Under the pieces are notes generated by a model. It was not told where the DNA came from. It saw only the letters and a list, made by a program, of their open reading frames with translations, and ran no database searches. A DNA stretch of 56,344 nt from Spirochaetales bacterium (GTDB lineage: Bacteria > Spirochaetota > Spirochaetia > DSM-27196 > SLST01), in contig SKZO01000038.1 in assembly GCA_007127335.1 (NCBI GenBank), positions 1-56,344 of the forward strand, read 5' to 3'. Positions within the stretch are counted from its first letter, which is position 1; each line of letters opens with the position of its first letter. A program made the translations under genes and the position numbers. Positions 29,630-39,081 of this stretch are shown here, piece after piece.

Positions 29630-30595
29630 TTGAGCAAGTCTGCCGTCGTGCTCGAGAGTCCCTCACTCTTGAGCGAGTTCTGCGGCGCGAACGATCAGAA
29701 CCTGCGGCTTCTGGAAGAGCTTCTCGATACCCGCATTCTGTACCGCGGAAACGAAATCTACCTGGAGAGCGAAGACGACGCGATACGGGATACGCTGGTA
29801 AGAATCATTGACGAGATCAAGTCTCACATGAAGCTCGGCCAGACCCCGAACCGGGATCTCATCAAGGCAGTCCATGCATCGGTGACGGAGGATGGTTCCT
29901 CGCCTCAGGATCTGATACGACGTACCAGTCTGACGATTCCAGGCCGCGATCGCCCGGTCTTCCCGCGCACTCTGATGCAGGGGTACTACCTGCAGGGTCT
30001 CGCTGAGAACGACATCGTCTTCGGGATCGGTCCCGCGGGCACCGGGAAGACCTACCTTGCCGTCGCACACGCGTTGAGCCAGGTGCTCACCAGACGGAAA
30101 CGCAAGCTCGTGCTTACACGGCCCGTGGTAGAGGCCGGTGAAAGCCTCGGTTTCCTGCCCGGCGATCTGGCGCAGAAGATCAGTCCCTACCTGCGTCCGC
30201 TCTACGATGCGATGGAGTCCCTGATCCCGTTCGAGACCATCCAGCGGATGGAGGATCAGCGTATCATAGAGATCGCTCCCCTGGCCTACATGCGGGGCCG
30301 TAGTCTCAACGACTGTTACGTCATCCTCGATGAGGCCCAGAACACCACGCGTGAACAGATGAAGATGTTCCTGACGAGAATCGGCGAAGGAACACAGGCG
30401 GTGGTGACCGGCGATGTCACGCAGATTGACCTGCCCAGAAAAAAGGCCTCAGGACTGCTGCATGCGGTCGACATCCTCGGGAGCCTGCCGGAGATACGTT
30501 TCACCTATTTCACGTCCCGCGACGTCGTGCGTCACCCCCTGGTCCAGAAGATCATCAACGCGTACGAGAGCGAGGATGCGAAGGGGGGCGAGTAG
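29630..30595 (+). CDS. phoH: PhoH family ATPase (YbeZ-like)
   Basis: GPAGTGKTYLA, TRPVVEAGESLGFLPGDL, APLAYMRGRSL, DEAQN, GDVTQIDLP, DVVRHPLV. Confidence 0.95.
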   Translation: MSKSAVVLESPSLLSEFCGANDQNLRLLEELLDTRILYRGNEIYLESEDDAIRDTLVRIIDEIKSHMKLGQTPNRDLIKAVHASVTEDGSSPQDLIRRTSLTIPGRDRPVFPRTLMQGYYLQGLAENDIVFGIGPAGTGKTYLAVAHALSQVLTRRKRKLVLTRPVVEAGESLGFLPGDLAQKISPYLRPLYDAMESLIPFETIQRMEDQRIIEIAPLAYMRGRSLNDCYVILDEAQNTTREQMKMFLTRIGEGTQAVVTGDVTQIDLPRKKASGLLHAVDILGSLPEIRFTYFTSRDVVRHPLVQKIINAYESEDAKGGE

Positions 30596-30596
30596 A

Positions 30597-31067
30597 ATGC
30601 AGGAGGTCGAAGTCTCCAGCGAGAACGTGGACCCTCCGGATTGGGTTCCGGATCCGGCACGGATAACTGTGACAGTTTGCCGTGCGTTGCAGCGGGAGCG
30701 ATGGGCGGTGAGCCTTCTGCTGTGCGATGACGGCCGAATCCGGGAGCTCAACCGGACCTATCGTGGGATTGACGAACCGACCGATGTTCTCACCTTTGCC
30801 GCAGATGAGCCGCGAGGTGCGAACGATACCGACGCGGTCCTCGAGGGCGATGTGGCGGTGTCGCTGCCCACTGTCGAACGAAACGCGACCGTCTTCGAGG
30901 TGCCGGTGGCCCAGGAGTTTCTCCGGGTATATGTGCATGCACTTCTTCACCTCGCAGGGTATACTCATGACGGGTATGACCTGTCGAGCGCGAACGTGGC
31001 GGATCATCCCATGCTCGGACTGCAGGAGCGCCTGGTGAAGAAGCTGGACAAGGAGTTCCTCTCGTGA
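30597..31067 (+). CDS. ybeY: rRNA maturation endoribonuclease YbeY
   Basis: LNRTYRGIDEPTDVLTF, HALLHLAGYTH zinc motif; ATG at 30597. Confidence 0.92.
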   Translation: MQEVEVSSENVDPPDWVPDPARITVTVCRALQRERWAVSLLLCDDGRIRELNRTYRGIDEPTDVLTFAADEPRGANDTDAVLEGDVAVSLPTVERNATVFEVPVAQEFLRVYVHALLHLAGYTHDGYDLSSANVADHPMLGLQERLVKKLDKEFLS

Positions 31068-31852
31068 GTCGAAACGGGTTCCTGAAACGGATCTTCCGTC
31101 GCGGAGAGCCGCTCGAGGGTGGCGAGTACCACGAACTGAATCTGGAAAAGCAGGACATGATCAGGGGAGTTGTCGCCCTGTCCGACACGACGGTGAAGGA
31201 AGTGATGGTCCCGCGGATCGACGTGGCGTTCGTGGGGGTTGAGATGGAGCCACGCGAGGTCCTCGAGAAGGTATCGGAGAGCGGTCACTCGAGGCTTCCG
31301 GCGTACCGCGACACGATCGACAACGTCGTCGGCATGCTCTACGCGAAGGACCTTCTCCAGTACTACCTGTCCGGCGAGGAGTTTTCCGTTGAGAAGATCA
31401 TCCGGAAACCTTTTTTTGTGCCCGACAGCAAGCGGCTCGACTCGCTGCTGCGCGAGATGCGCCGTCGCCGTGTGCACATTGCCGTTGCGGTAGACGAGTA
31501 TGGAGGCGTCTCGGGCGTCGTCTGCCTGGAAGATATCATCGAGGAGATCGTCGGTGACATCCAGGACGAGTTCGACAATGAGCGCGAGGACATTCTCGAG
31601 ATCGGGGAAAAGGTATACCTCTGCGACGCTCGCGTGGACATTGAGGATCTCAATGATGAGCTTGATTTTGACCTGCCGGACGATGACTTCGATACGCTCG
31701 GCGGGTTCGTGTTCGATCTGTTCGGAAAGATACCGGTCAAGTACGAGAAGGTAAGCTACGGTGACATGGACTTTGTGATCCAGGACATGGATGGACACAA
31801 GATCAAAACCGTCAAGATCGTGGCGGCCAAGGATGAGAAGGATCCGTCATAG
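31064..31852 (+). CDS. CBS/CorC-HlyC domain protein (hemolysin/TlyC family)
   Basis: VKEVMVPRID, HSRLPAY, VDEYGGVSGVVCLEDIIEEIVGDIQDEFD, DTLGGF. Confidence 0.92.
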   Translation: MSRNGFLKRIFRRGEPLEGGEYHELNLEKQDMIRGVVALSDTTVKEVMVPRIDVAFVGVEMEPREVLEKVSESGHSRLPAYRDTIDNVVGMLYAKDLLQYYLSGEEFSVEKIIRKPFFVPDSKRLDSLLREMRRRRVHIAVAVDEYGGVSGVVCLEDIIEEIVGDIQDEFDNEREDILEIGEKVYLCDARVDIEDLNDELDFDLPDDDFDTLGGFVFDLFGKIPVKYEKVSYGDMDFVIQDMDGHKIKTVKIVAAKDEKDPS

Positions 31853-33830
31853 CGTCGGTCTGTTCCTGCTCCTCGCCGTCACGATCGGCGTGGACGCGCA
31901 GTCGGCTGCATCCGAGCTCGCCCGCCGAGGGGAGCGTGCCCTTGCGCGCGAGAGCTACTACGAGGCGGTCGAGTCGTTTCAGCGTGCCCTTGACGAGAAC
32001 CCGAACTACCTCGATGCGGCACTCGGACTTGCGGAAGCGTACTTCTGGCTCGAGGAGTACGATCGAGCGCAGCACTTCGTCGACCGGGCCGCACGCCTCG
32101 CCCGTACTAATCCACGCGTGCTGAACCTCGCCGGCCGGGTAGCGATCGGACGCGGAGACCTGGCCGCGGCCGAGGCGAGTTTTCGTCGGGTCCAGGAGCT
32201 CGAACCGCACAACGTGGAGGCGGTGATTGGCCGTGCCGAGCTCGCGCTCGCGCGCGGCCAGAGCGTGGAGGCGGTGAGCAACCTCGAGCGTGCGCTGCGG
32301 CTCCACCCTGAACAGCGCAGGGCGCTGCTGTCGCTCGTGCTCGTCTACGAGTACCTCGGGCAGGAGGAGGTCGCCCGGCGCTATCTGGATCTCGCGCTCG
32401 CCGTCCATCGAGACCGCCCGGAGGTGCATGTTCTCGCGGCTCAGTACTACCTCCGGTCAGGCGATCTCGCGCGGGCCGCTGCCGCTGCACGAACGGCGCA
32501 GGCGATTGATCCGCTGAACCGGGCGGCGATGACGATGCGGGCGCAGGTGGCGCTGGCCGAGGGAAGCTATCTCGAGGCGGCGACGATCGCTGAAGAGCTC
32601 ATCGCCGGGGATCGTAGCGACGTCAGCGCGTGGTACATGCGCGCAATCGCGCTCTTGCGGCTCGGCGAGCTCGACGACGCCCTTTCGAGCGCGAGAACCG
32701 GCCTGCGGCTCTCCCCGGAAGACGAGATGCTGCGAATATGGACCGAGTGGGTCGCGGTCGAACGCCTCGAGCTGGACCACCCTCTGCGCAGTGAGCTCGC
32801 CCGTGTCCGCGCGTCGAACGCTGCCGAGCTCGAGCGGGCCTTCCGGTACGAGCGTGCCCTGAAGGCATACCGTCGCGCGCTGCAGCTCGCTCCCCTGGAC
32901 CTCGAGGTGCGCCGCGCCTATGCAGAGCTTTTCCGCAAGGTCGATGCTCGCGCAACCTACGTACAGGAGCTGCGGCTGCTGCTCGATGAAGGGTACGACG
33001 ATCGGCGGGTCGTGCAGACCGTTGAGGTGTTCGCGAATGCGCTCGCCCAAAGCGTCTCCTCACGCTGGGGGATCGATCAGTTCACTCTGGCTCGTGCCAG
33101 ACCCCCCGTTGCGTTCTACCTGCGTACCGTCGAGAGCGACAGGTACCCTGAGAGCGAGGAGGCGTTGCTCGCATTCCTGCGCCGGACGATCGCCGGGCTC
33201 GACCGCCTTGTCCTGCTCGACGCTGCCGTTGTCCCCAGCTATGCCGACGCTTTTGCGCGGGCAAGATCTCATGATGTCTATTTTTTCATACATACCGACG
33301 TGGCGGTTTCGGAGCTCGGAGTTGAGTGGCGCGCCGGCGTCTACGTCGCACGCACGGGTGCGCTCGCGGAGGAGTTCATGACGATTCGCACCGGCCCTGA
33401 TCGCGCGGCCGCCGGTGCGGACGCCTTCGCCGACGCGCTCGTTCGAGCGATTCCCGGGCGCGGCGTGATCCTCCAGCGCGACGTTCGCCGCGCGGTTGTC
33501 GATCTCGGAATGCGGGACGGCGTGTCTCCAGGCGATCGGTTCGACATCGTCAGGCCTCAGGCCGTGAGGCCGGCGCCGGACGCGCTTGCGTATGCCTACC
33601 GTCCCGAGGATGTAGCCGGCACCCTGGTGATTACCGCCGTCGACGATCTCATCTCGGAAGGGACCCTGGAGGTGAAAGGTTTTGTTGACATGATCAGAAT
33701 TGGTCATGCTGTGCTCGCCGAGCGTCAGAATGAGCCTGTCGGCTCCAGGTCCGCGCCGCCGGCGGGCTTCGGGTCGCCGTCGCAGGATCTCCTTCCCGTG
33801 CTCCACGAGAGGGTGCGCCGCCTGCGGTAG
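31833..33830 (+). CDS. Secreted multi-TPR protein
   Basis: Signal peptide MRRIRHSVGLFLLLAVTIGVDA; many TPR-like repeats; beta-rich C-terminal domain. Confidence 0.85.
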   Translation: MRRIRHSVGLFLLLAVTIGVDAQSAASELARRGERALARESYYEAVESFQRALDENPNYLDAALGLAEAYFWLEEYDRAQHFVDRAARLARTNPRVLNLAGRVAIGRGDLAAAEASFRRVQELEPHNVEAVIGRAELALARGQSVEAVSNLERALRLHPEQRRALLSLVLVYEYLGQEEVARRYLDLALAVHRDRPEVHVLAAQYYLRSGDLARAAAAARTAQAIDPLNRAAMTMRAQVALAEGSYLEAATIAEELIAGDRSDVSAWYMRAIALLRLGELDDALSSARTGLRLSPEDEMLRIWTEWVAVERLELDHPLRSELARVRASNAAELERAFRYERALKAYRRALQLAPLDLEVRRAYAELFRKVDARATYVQELRLLLDEGYDDRRVVQTVEVFANALAQSVSSRWGIDQFTLARARPPVAFYLRTVESDRYPESEEALLAFLRRTIAGLDRLVLLDAAVVPSYADAFARARSHDVYFFIHTDVAVSELGVEWRAGVYVARTGALAEEFMTIRTGPDRAAAGADAFADALVRAIPGRGVILQRDVRRAVVDLGMRDGVSPGDRFDIVRPQAVRPAPDALAYAYRPEDVAGTLVITAVDDLISEGTLEVKGFVDMIRIGHAVLAERQNEPVGSRSAPPAGFGSPSQDLLPVLHERVRRLR

Positions 33831-33846
33831 TTTGGTGCTGCGGCGC

Positions 33847-33883
33847 TGTCACGTTGACATCGCGAGTGCTCGTTTTGTACTAT
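33847..33883 (+). promoter_or_regulatory. Promoter of pgk-tpiA-secG with a palindrome over the -35
   Basis: TTGACA-18-TACTAT; TGTCA-cgt-TGACA inverted repeat at 33847-33859. Confidence 0.65.
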
Positions 33884-33927
33884 GAAGCGATACCCAAAAT
33901 CTCGAGAAATGCGAGCGGGGGAGTAGT

Positions 33928-35106
33928 ATGGCACTGAAGACTGTCCGGGATCTTGATCTGAGCGGGAAACGTGTGCTCGTGCGCGTTGACTACAATGTAC
34001 CGCTGAAGAACGGAGCGGTGGCGGACGCTACGCGGATCGAAGCGAGCCTCCCAACGCTCAAGTATATTATCGACCAGGGCGGTTCTCTGGTCCTGATGAG
34101 CCATCTCGGCCGTCCGAAGGGGACTCCGGATCCGGCGTACAGTCTGAAGCCGGTAGCGGAGAAACTGTCGGCTATGATCGGGCGCCCCGTCGGTTTCGTT
34201 GCCGACTGCGTGGGAGAGCAGGTCCGCGAGGCGGCTGGGAAGCTGCGAAGCGGTGAGATTCTGATGCTCGAGAACGTGCGATTCCACGAGGGGGAGACGA
34301 AGAACACCACCGAGTTTGCCCGAGAACTCGCCCGGGTCGCCGACGTCTATGTGAACGACGCCTTCGGCAGTGCGCACCGTGCCCATGCCTCAACGGAGGG
34401 GGTGGCCCACCTCCTGCCGTCCGCGGCCGGCTTCCTGATCGAGAAGGAAGTGAAGTTCTTTCAGCCGCTCCTCGAGGACCCGGCGAAGCCCTTCGTCGCA
34501 ATCATCGGGGGTGCCAAAGTATCCACGAAGATTGGTGTTCTCGAGACTCTGCTCCCCAAGTGCACGACGCTCGTGATAGGCGGAGGCATGGCGTACACCT
34601 TTCTCAAGGCTCAGGGCCACTCGATCGGGGCGAGTCTCGTTGAGGAAGAGTTCGTGTCCACGGCGACTGATCTCATCGAGCAGGCGAAGCGCGCGGGTGT
34701 CGAGCTCATTCTTCCCATGGATCACGTGGTTGCCGGAGAGTTCAGTGAAGAGGCGACGCCGGAGCCCGTCGACGGCGTCGACATTCCCGAAGGCAAGGTC
34801 GCAATGGACGTCGGACCCAGGACGATCGATCGGTGTCGCGCGGCGATCGCCGGCGCCAGGTCGCTCGTCTGGAACGGTCCCATGGGTGTTTTCGAGTTCG
34901 AGGCCTTCGCGAAAGGCACCCTGGAGATTGGACAGGCGGTTGCGGAGTGTGCCGGCACGACCGTCGTTGGCGGCGGCGATTCGGTGGCCGCAGTGAATAC
35001 CTTCGGTCTTGCAGACAAGATCGACCACGTCTCCACCGGAGGCGGGGCTTCGCTCGAGTTCCTTGAGGGAAAGGTCCTCCCCGGGATCGCGGCGCTCCAG
35101 GAGTAG
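33928..35106 (+). CDS. pgk: Phosphoglycerate kinase
   Basis: RVDYNVP, SHLGRPKG, LENVRFH, NDAFGSAHRAHAS, WNGPMGVFE, STGGGASLE. Confidence 0.98.
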   Translation: MALKTVRDLDLSGKRVLVRVDYNVPLKNGAVADATRIEASLPTLKYIIDQGGSLVLMSHLGRPKGTPDPAYSLKPVAEKLSAMIGRPVGFVADCVGEQVREAAGKLRSGEILMLENVRFHEGETKNTTEFARELARVADVYVNDAFGSAHRAHASTEGVAHLLPSAAGFLIEKEVKFFQPLLEDPAKPFVAIIGGAKVSTKIGVLETLLPKCTTLVIGGGMAYTFLKAQGHSIGASLVEEEFVSTATDLIEQAKRAGVELILPMDHVVAGEFSEEATPEPVDGVDIPEGKVAMDVGPRTIDRCRAAIAGARSLVWNGPMGVFEFEAFAKGTLEIGQAVAECAGTTVVGGGDSVAAVNTFGLADKIDHVSTGGGASLEFLEGKVLPGIAALQE

Positions 35107-35109
35107 ACA

Positions 35110-35862
35110 ATGCGAACACCCTACCTCGCCGGAAACTGGAAGATGCACAAGACGGTCTCCGAATCGGTGGAGTTTGCGCAGGAGCTCGTGCGTACACTCT
35201 CCTCGAGTCGCAGCAAACTGATGGTTGCCCCGGCGTTTTTGTCCCTGCCGGCGGTCGCGGCCGTCCTGCAGGGGTCGAAGATCCTGCTCGGTGCCCAGAA
35301 CATGGCGCCGGAGGTTGAGGGAGCGCATACCGGAGAGGTTTCCGTGCGCATGCTCACCGACGTCGGCGTGAACGTGGTCATTCTCGGACACTCCGAGCGC
35401 AGGCACAGCTACCTGGAATCTGATGAACTGGTGAACCGGAAGGTACGGCTTGCCCTCGAGTATGGTCTCGAGGTGATACTCTGCGTTGGAGAGACGATCG
35501 AGGAGCGCGAGCAGGGGCGCGTCGAGGAAGTCGTCGGTGCCCAGTTGCGCGAGGGGCTCGACCAGGTTGATGCGAGGCAGCTCGACCGGCTGACCATCGC
35601 CTACGAGCCGGTCTGGGCGATCGGTACCGGCAAGACGGCGACTCCGGAGGATGCCGACGCGGTGCATGCCTATGTACGCACGGTGATCGGAGCGATGTAC
35701 TCGCCGGACGCCGCGCAGCGGTTGAGTATCCAGTACGGCGGTTCGGTCAAACCGACCAACGTGAAGGAACTGATGGCGATGGAAAACATAGACGGAGCTC
35801 TCGTGGGAGGGGCTTCGCTCGCGATCGAGTCGTTCGCGCCGATTGCGCTGTTTGACGCGTAG
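35110..35862 (+). CDS. tpiA: Triosephosphate isomerase
   Basis: AGNWKM, GHSERR, AYEPVWAIGTG, YGGSV, LVGGASL. Confidence 0.98.
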   Translation: MRTPYLAGNWKMHKTVSESVEFAQELVRTLSSSRSKLMVAPAFLSLPAVAAVLQGSKILLGAQNMAPEVEGAHTGEVSVRMLTDVGVNVVILGHSERRHSYLESDELVNRKVRLALEYGLEVILCVGETIEEREQGRVEEVVGAQLREGLDQVDARQLDRLTIAYEPVWAIGTGKTATPEDADAVHAYVRTVIGAMYSPDAAQRLSIQYGGSVKPTNVKELMAMENIDGALVGGASLAIESFAPIALFDA

Positions 35863-35897
35863 TTCTCTCAGCGAATCCTGTCGATTGAAGGAAGTGT

Positions 35898-36314
35898 ATG
35901 GCTATTCTGAGTGGTTTTCTCCTGGTGGTCTTCATAATCACGGCCGTTCTCCTGATCATCATCGTTTTGATGCAGGACGAGCAGGGCGAGGGGCTCGGCG
36001 GGATTTTCGGCGGAGGCGGTGCTGCTCCCGTCGGGAATCGTTCGGGCAACATCCTCACTCGCGCTACGTCGATCATCGCCACGATCTTCCTCGTCACGTT
36101 GTTCGGGTATGCCTGGATCAACAGAACGCCGGAGGACGCGGACGTTGAAGCGGCCGCGCGCGCCCTTGAGGCTCAGGAGGAGGGCGTCGTCGAGTGGTGG
36201 CGTGTAGACGAGCCGGTCACGGTGCCTGACGAGGCGATTCCGGACGTGGACGTCGAGCTCGGGGTCCAGGACGATGACGCCGGTGACGAGACGAACGACG
36301 CTGACGTCGAGTAG
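35898..36314 (+). CDS. secG: Preprotein translocase subunit SecG with an acidic C-terminal tail
   Basis: TM-LMQ..QGEGLGGIFGGG-...LTRAT-TM; follows tpiA. Confidence 0.9.
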   Translation: MAILSGFLLVVFIITAVLLIIIVLMQDEQGEGLGGIFGGGGAAPVGNRSGNILTRATSIIATIFLVTLFGYAWINRTPEDADVEAAARALEAQEEGVVEWWRVDEPVTVPDEAIPDVDVELGVQDDDAGDETNDADVE

Positions 36315-36347
36315 TACATCTGTGGCCGGTGGCGGCGAGGGGGATCG

Positions 36348-36761
36348 ATGAGAGTGGCGGTGATATTCGTCCCGCAGGTGAAGCGTGACAAGCTTCTCGA
36401 GATCTCAAAGGCGCTCGCCGCGGGCATCCAGTCGCAGGGACATCAGGTCGACATCGTTGACGCGAGTCGGGACGTCAACACCAGGCTGACGATCTACGAG
36501 TACGTGGCAATCGGTACGGAGGTTGTATCGCTGTTCGGCGGCAAGATCCCTGCCAAGGTCTCGGAGTTTCTGCGTGGTTCGGGTACAGTTGTGGGCAAAC
36601 GGTCGTTCGCCTTTGTCACCAAGAAGGCGATCGGGGCTGACAAGGGACTGCAGCGCCTGATGAAACAGATGGAAAGCGAAGGCATGTTCCTGAAGTTCTC
36701 GGACGTGCTGAGTTCCGCCGCGGAGGCAACCGAGATCGGGAAACGGTTGAACATCAGTTGA
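36348..36761 (+). CDS. Hypothetical flavodoxin-like fold protein
   Basis: Alternating beta/alpha pattern (MRVAVIF...ALAAGIQSQGHQVDIVD...YEYVAIGT..FGGKIP); no canonical SxTGNT FMN loop. Confidence 0.7.
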   Translation: MRVAVIFVPQVKRDKLLEISKALAAGIQSQGHQVDIVDASRDVNTRLTIYEYVAIGTEVVSLFGGKIPAKVSEFLRGSGTVVGKRSFAFVTKKAIGADKGLQRLMKQMESEGMFLKFSDVLSSAAEATEIGKRLNIS

Positions 36762-37555
36762 AGAGCTACTACCAGATACTGGATGTCGAGGTCACCTCGT
36801 CTTCAGAACAGATCAAACGTGCGTTTCGAAGGCGTGCGAAAGAGCTTCACCCTGATGTCAATCACGAGCCCGGAGATGCTGTCGAGGCGATGCAGCGCCT
36901 CATTCGCGCGTACGAGACGCTGGTAGACCCGATTCGGCGCGAAGAGTACGACCGGAGGATGATGATCCTCCGTCCGGAAGTCCGCTTCGACTATCGGGAC
37001 TTCCTTCGCAGTCGCCCGGACGACAACGAGTTTCAGTCCAGGCTCGTGTTCTACGACCTGCTGCACCAGAACGAGGACGAAGCCCTTGATTTGTACGACC
37101 GTCTCTGCGAGCGCGACGGGTTCGATCTTCGTGCGCATCTCGATCGCGAGGATTTCATGGATTGCGCCTTCCTGCTCGCCGAAGAGTACGAGCGGCGGGG
37201 AGAGTACGACCACGCATTCCGTCTGCTCACCGCGGTCATCGAGTACGAGTTCGACCAGCCGTACTTCCGGCATTTCTTCACCGAGGTCGTTGAGAAACTG
37301 CGAGCGCTCGTCTGCTTCAAGATGCCGGAGTCGATGCCGCCGAGGGAGGTAATCCACTGTATAGACGAGGTTCTGCTGCTCGATCTCGGGCGTAAGGAGC
37401 TCGCCTTCTTCCTGAAGAAGGGTGCTGAGCTCTACGCGGATATCGGCGATGCGGTAACGGCGAACGCATACCTTCAGCGTGGGCTCGAGCTCGACGGCAA
37501 GCTGCCGGGCACGAAGAAACTGCTCGACCGCCTCGCCAGTCTGCATCCGGTCTGA
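36758..37555 (+). CDS. J-domain (DnaJ-like) protein with a helical/TPR-like C-terminus
   Basis: YYQILDV...IKRAFRRRAKELHPDVN...AYETLVDP..R..YD; TTG start overlaps the upstream stop. Confidence 0.88.
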   Translation: MKSYYQILDVEVTSSSEQIKRAFRRRAKELHPDVNHEPGDAVEAMQRLIRAYETLVDPIRREEYDRRMMILRPEVRFDYRDFLRSRPDDNEFQSRLVFYDLLHQNEDEALDLYDRLCERDGFDLRAHLDREDFMDCAFLLAEEYERRGEYDHAFRLLTAVIEYEFDQPYFRHFFTEVVEKLRALVCFKMPESMPPREVIHCIDEVLLLDLGRKELAFFLKKGAELYADIGDAVTANAYLQRGLELDGKLPGTKKLLDRLASLHPV

Positions 37556-37581
37556 ATCCGTGCTATTGTACCAGGAGAGCT

Positions 37582-38664
37582 ATGTCTGAGAGTAGATTCC
37601 CTCGCCGAGGCACGCCGTTCGCGGCGTTTCCCGTGGCAATTGTCCTGATCCTCATAGTGGCCGCGACGGCACCGGCCCAGGTGCTCGATCGTCCGGTGGC
37701 CGTCGTCCGGCTCGTGGAAACGGTCAACATCGGCCGGCGCGAGGTTGATGCGCAGGTCGCTCTTTTCGAGCAGCAGATCGGCCGCGCGCTCCAGCCGGCG
37801 GAGAAACAACAGATTCTCGAAGCGCTCATCAACGATGAGCTTCTGCTGCAGGCAGCCTCACGAGCTGGTGTGCGAGTCACGCAGGAGGAGATCCGGAACT
37901 ATCTCGCCGTCCAGCGCCAGCAGTGGAGTCAGGCGCTCGGGGTGACGCTGAGCGAAGAGCAGTTTCGTCTCCAGGTAGAGCAGCAGACCGGCCGGCCGTG
38001 GGTGGATTTCCTCGAGGACGTGACCGACGAGCTGATCAAGCTGAAGTACGTTCGACAGCGCGAATCCCGGCTGTTCGAGGGTGTGATGAGCGTGAGTGAG
38101 GCGGAGATCCAGTCGTTCTACGACGAACAGGCAACCTCCTTCACGAACCCCGCGATGGTCAGTTTCCGCCACGTCTATGTGGATCTTCGCGGGAAGACCG
38201 ATCAGGAGCGACAGGCAGCCCGGGCCAGCCTCGAGGCGTACCGCAGGCAGATTCGAAGCGGTGCGCTCACATTTGAACAGCTCGAACGCCGTGCCGTCGA
38301 CGACGCAGCGATCAGCGCGGATAACTTCGGGTATCTCATGCGCAATGATCCGAGGAGCCAGCAGCTGCTCGGCAGATCGTTCATTGAGGCGCTTTTCGGG
38401 CTCAGTGAGGGCGACATTGCCGGTGTGCTCGAGTCGAACGTCGCGCTGCATATCGTACTGGTCACCGACAGGCGGTCCGCCCGGATACTCTCGCTCGACG
38501 ATCCGATTCTCCCGGGCCAGAACGTGACGGTGCGCCAACAGATTCGGAATCTCCTCGCAAACCAGAAGGAACAGCAGGCCCTCGGCAGGGCCGTCGAGAA
38601 GATCGTGGGCGACTTGCGGGCGGAGGCGGAAATCACGGTCTTTGAGTCCAACGTGCCCTGGTAG
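37582..38664 (+). CDS. SurA-like periplasmic chaperone / peptidylprolyl isomerase
   Basis: Signal peptide, LDRPVAVV, LEALINDELLLQAA, parvulin-like region (HVYV...GDIAGVLES..ALHIV). Confidence 0.8.
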   Translation: MSESRFPRRGTPFAAFPVAIVLILIVAATAPAQVLDRPVAVVRLVETVNIGRREVDAQVALFEQQIGRALQPAEKQQILEALINDELLLQAASRAGVRVTQEEIRNYLAVQRQQWSQALGVTLSEEQFRLQVEQQTGRPWVDFLEDVTDELIKLKYVRQRESRLFEGVMSVSEAEIQSFYDEQATSFTNPAMVSFRHVYVDLRGKTDQERQAARASLEAYRRQIRSGALTFEQLERRAVDDAAISADNFGYLMRNDPRSQQLLGRSFIEALFGLSEGDIAGVLESNVALHIVLVTDRRSARILSLDDPILPGQNVTVRQQIRNLLANQKEQQALGRAVEKIVGDLRAEAEITVFESNVPW

Positions 38665-38670
38665 GCGGAT

Positions 38671-39081
38671 ATGGCGTCGCGACGAAAGGCACGCATCTAT
38701 GCCATGCAGGCTCTCTACAGCTGGGACGTCGGACGCACGCCTCGCGACGAGCTGCTGAAGTTCTCCTGGCTCGACCCGAACCCTGGTCTGGAGGATACGC
38801 TCGCCTTCAGTCGTCTCCTCGTCAGCGGCGCGCTCGAGCACATCGACGAAGTGGATACACATATCCGTGATCACCTGGATCACTGGAAGATCGAGCGACT
38901 CGCGAAAGTGGATCTCGCGATACTGAGGCTGGCTACCTACTCGCTTCTGTTCCAGCGAGATATCCCGGCCTCCATCACAATCGACGAAGCTATTGGTCTT
39001 GCCCGTGAGTTCGGTGCCGACGACTCGTATCGATTCGTCAACGGGGTACTCGACGCGATCCGCAGGGCCTGTGAGGAATGA
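38671..39081 (+). CDS. nusB: Transcription antitermination factor NusB
   Basis: SRRKARIYAMQALY, WKIERL.KVDLAILR, IDEAIGLAREFG..DS.RFVNGVLD. Confidence 0.96.
   Translation: MASRRKARIYAMQALYSWDVGRTPRDELLKFSWLDPNPGLEDTLAFSRLLVSGALEHIDEVDTHIRDHLDHWKIERLAKVDLAILRLATYSLLFQRDIPASITIDEAIGLAREFGADDSYRFVNGVLDAIRRACEE

Noticed and set aside
31064-31852. 'Hemolysin' as a virulence factor
   Set aside because: It is a CBS/CorC-family housekeeping protein in its usual ybeY context.
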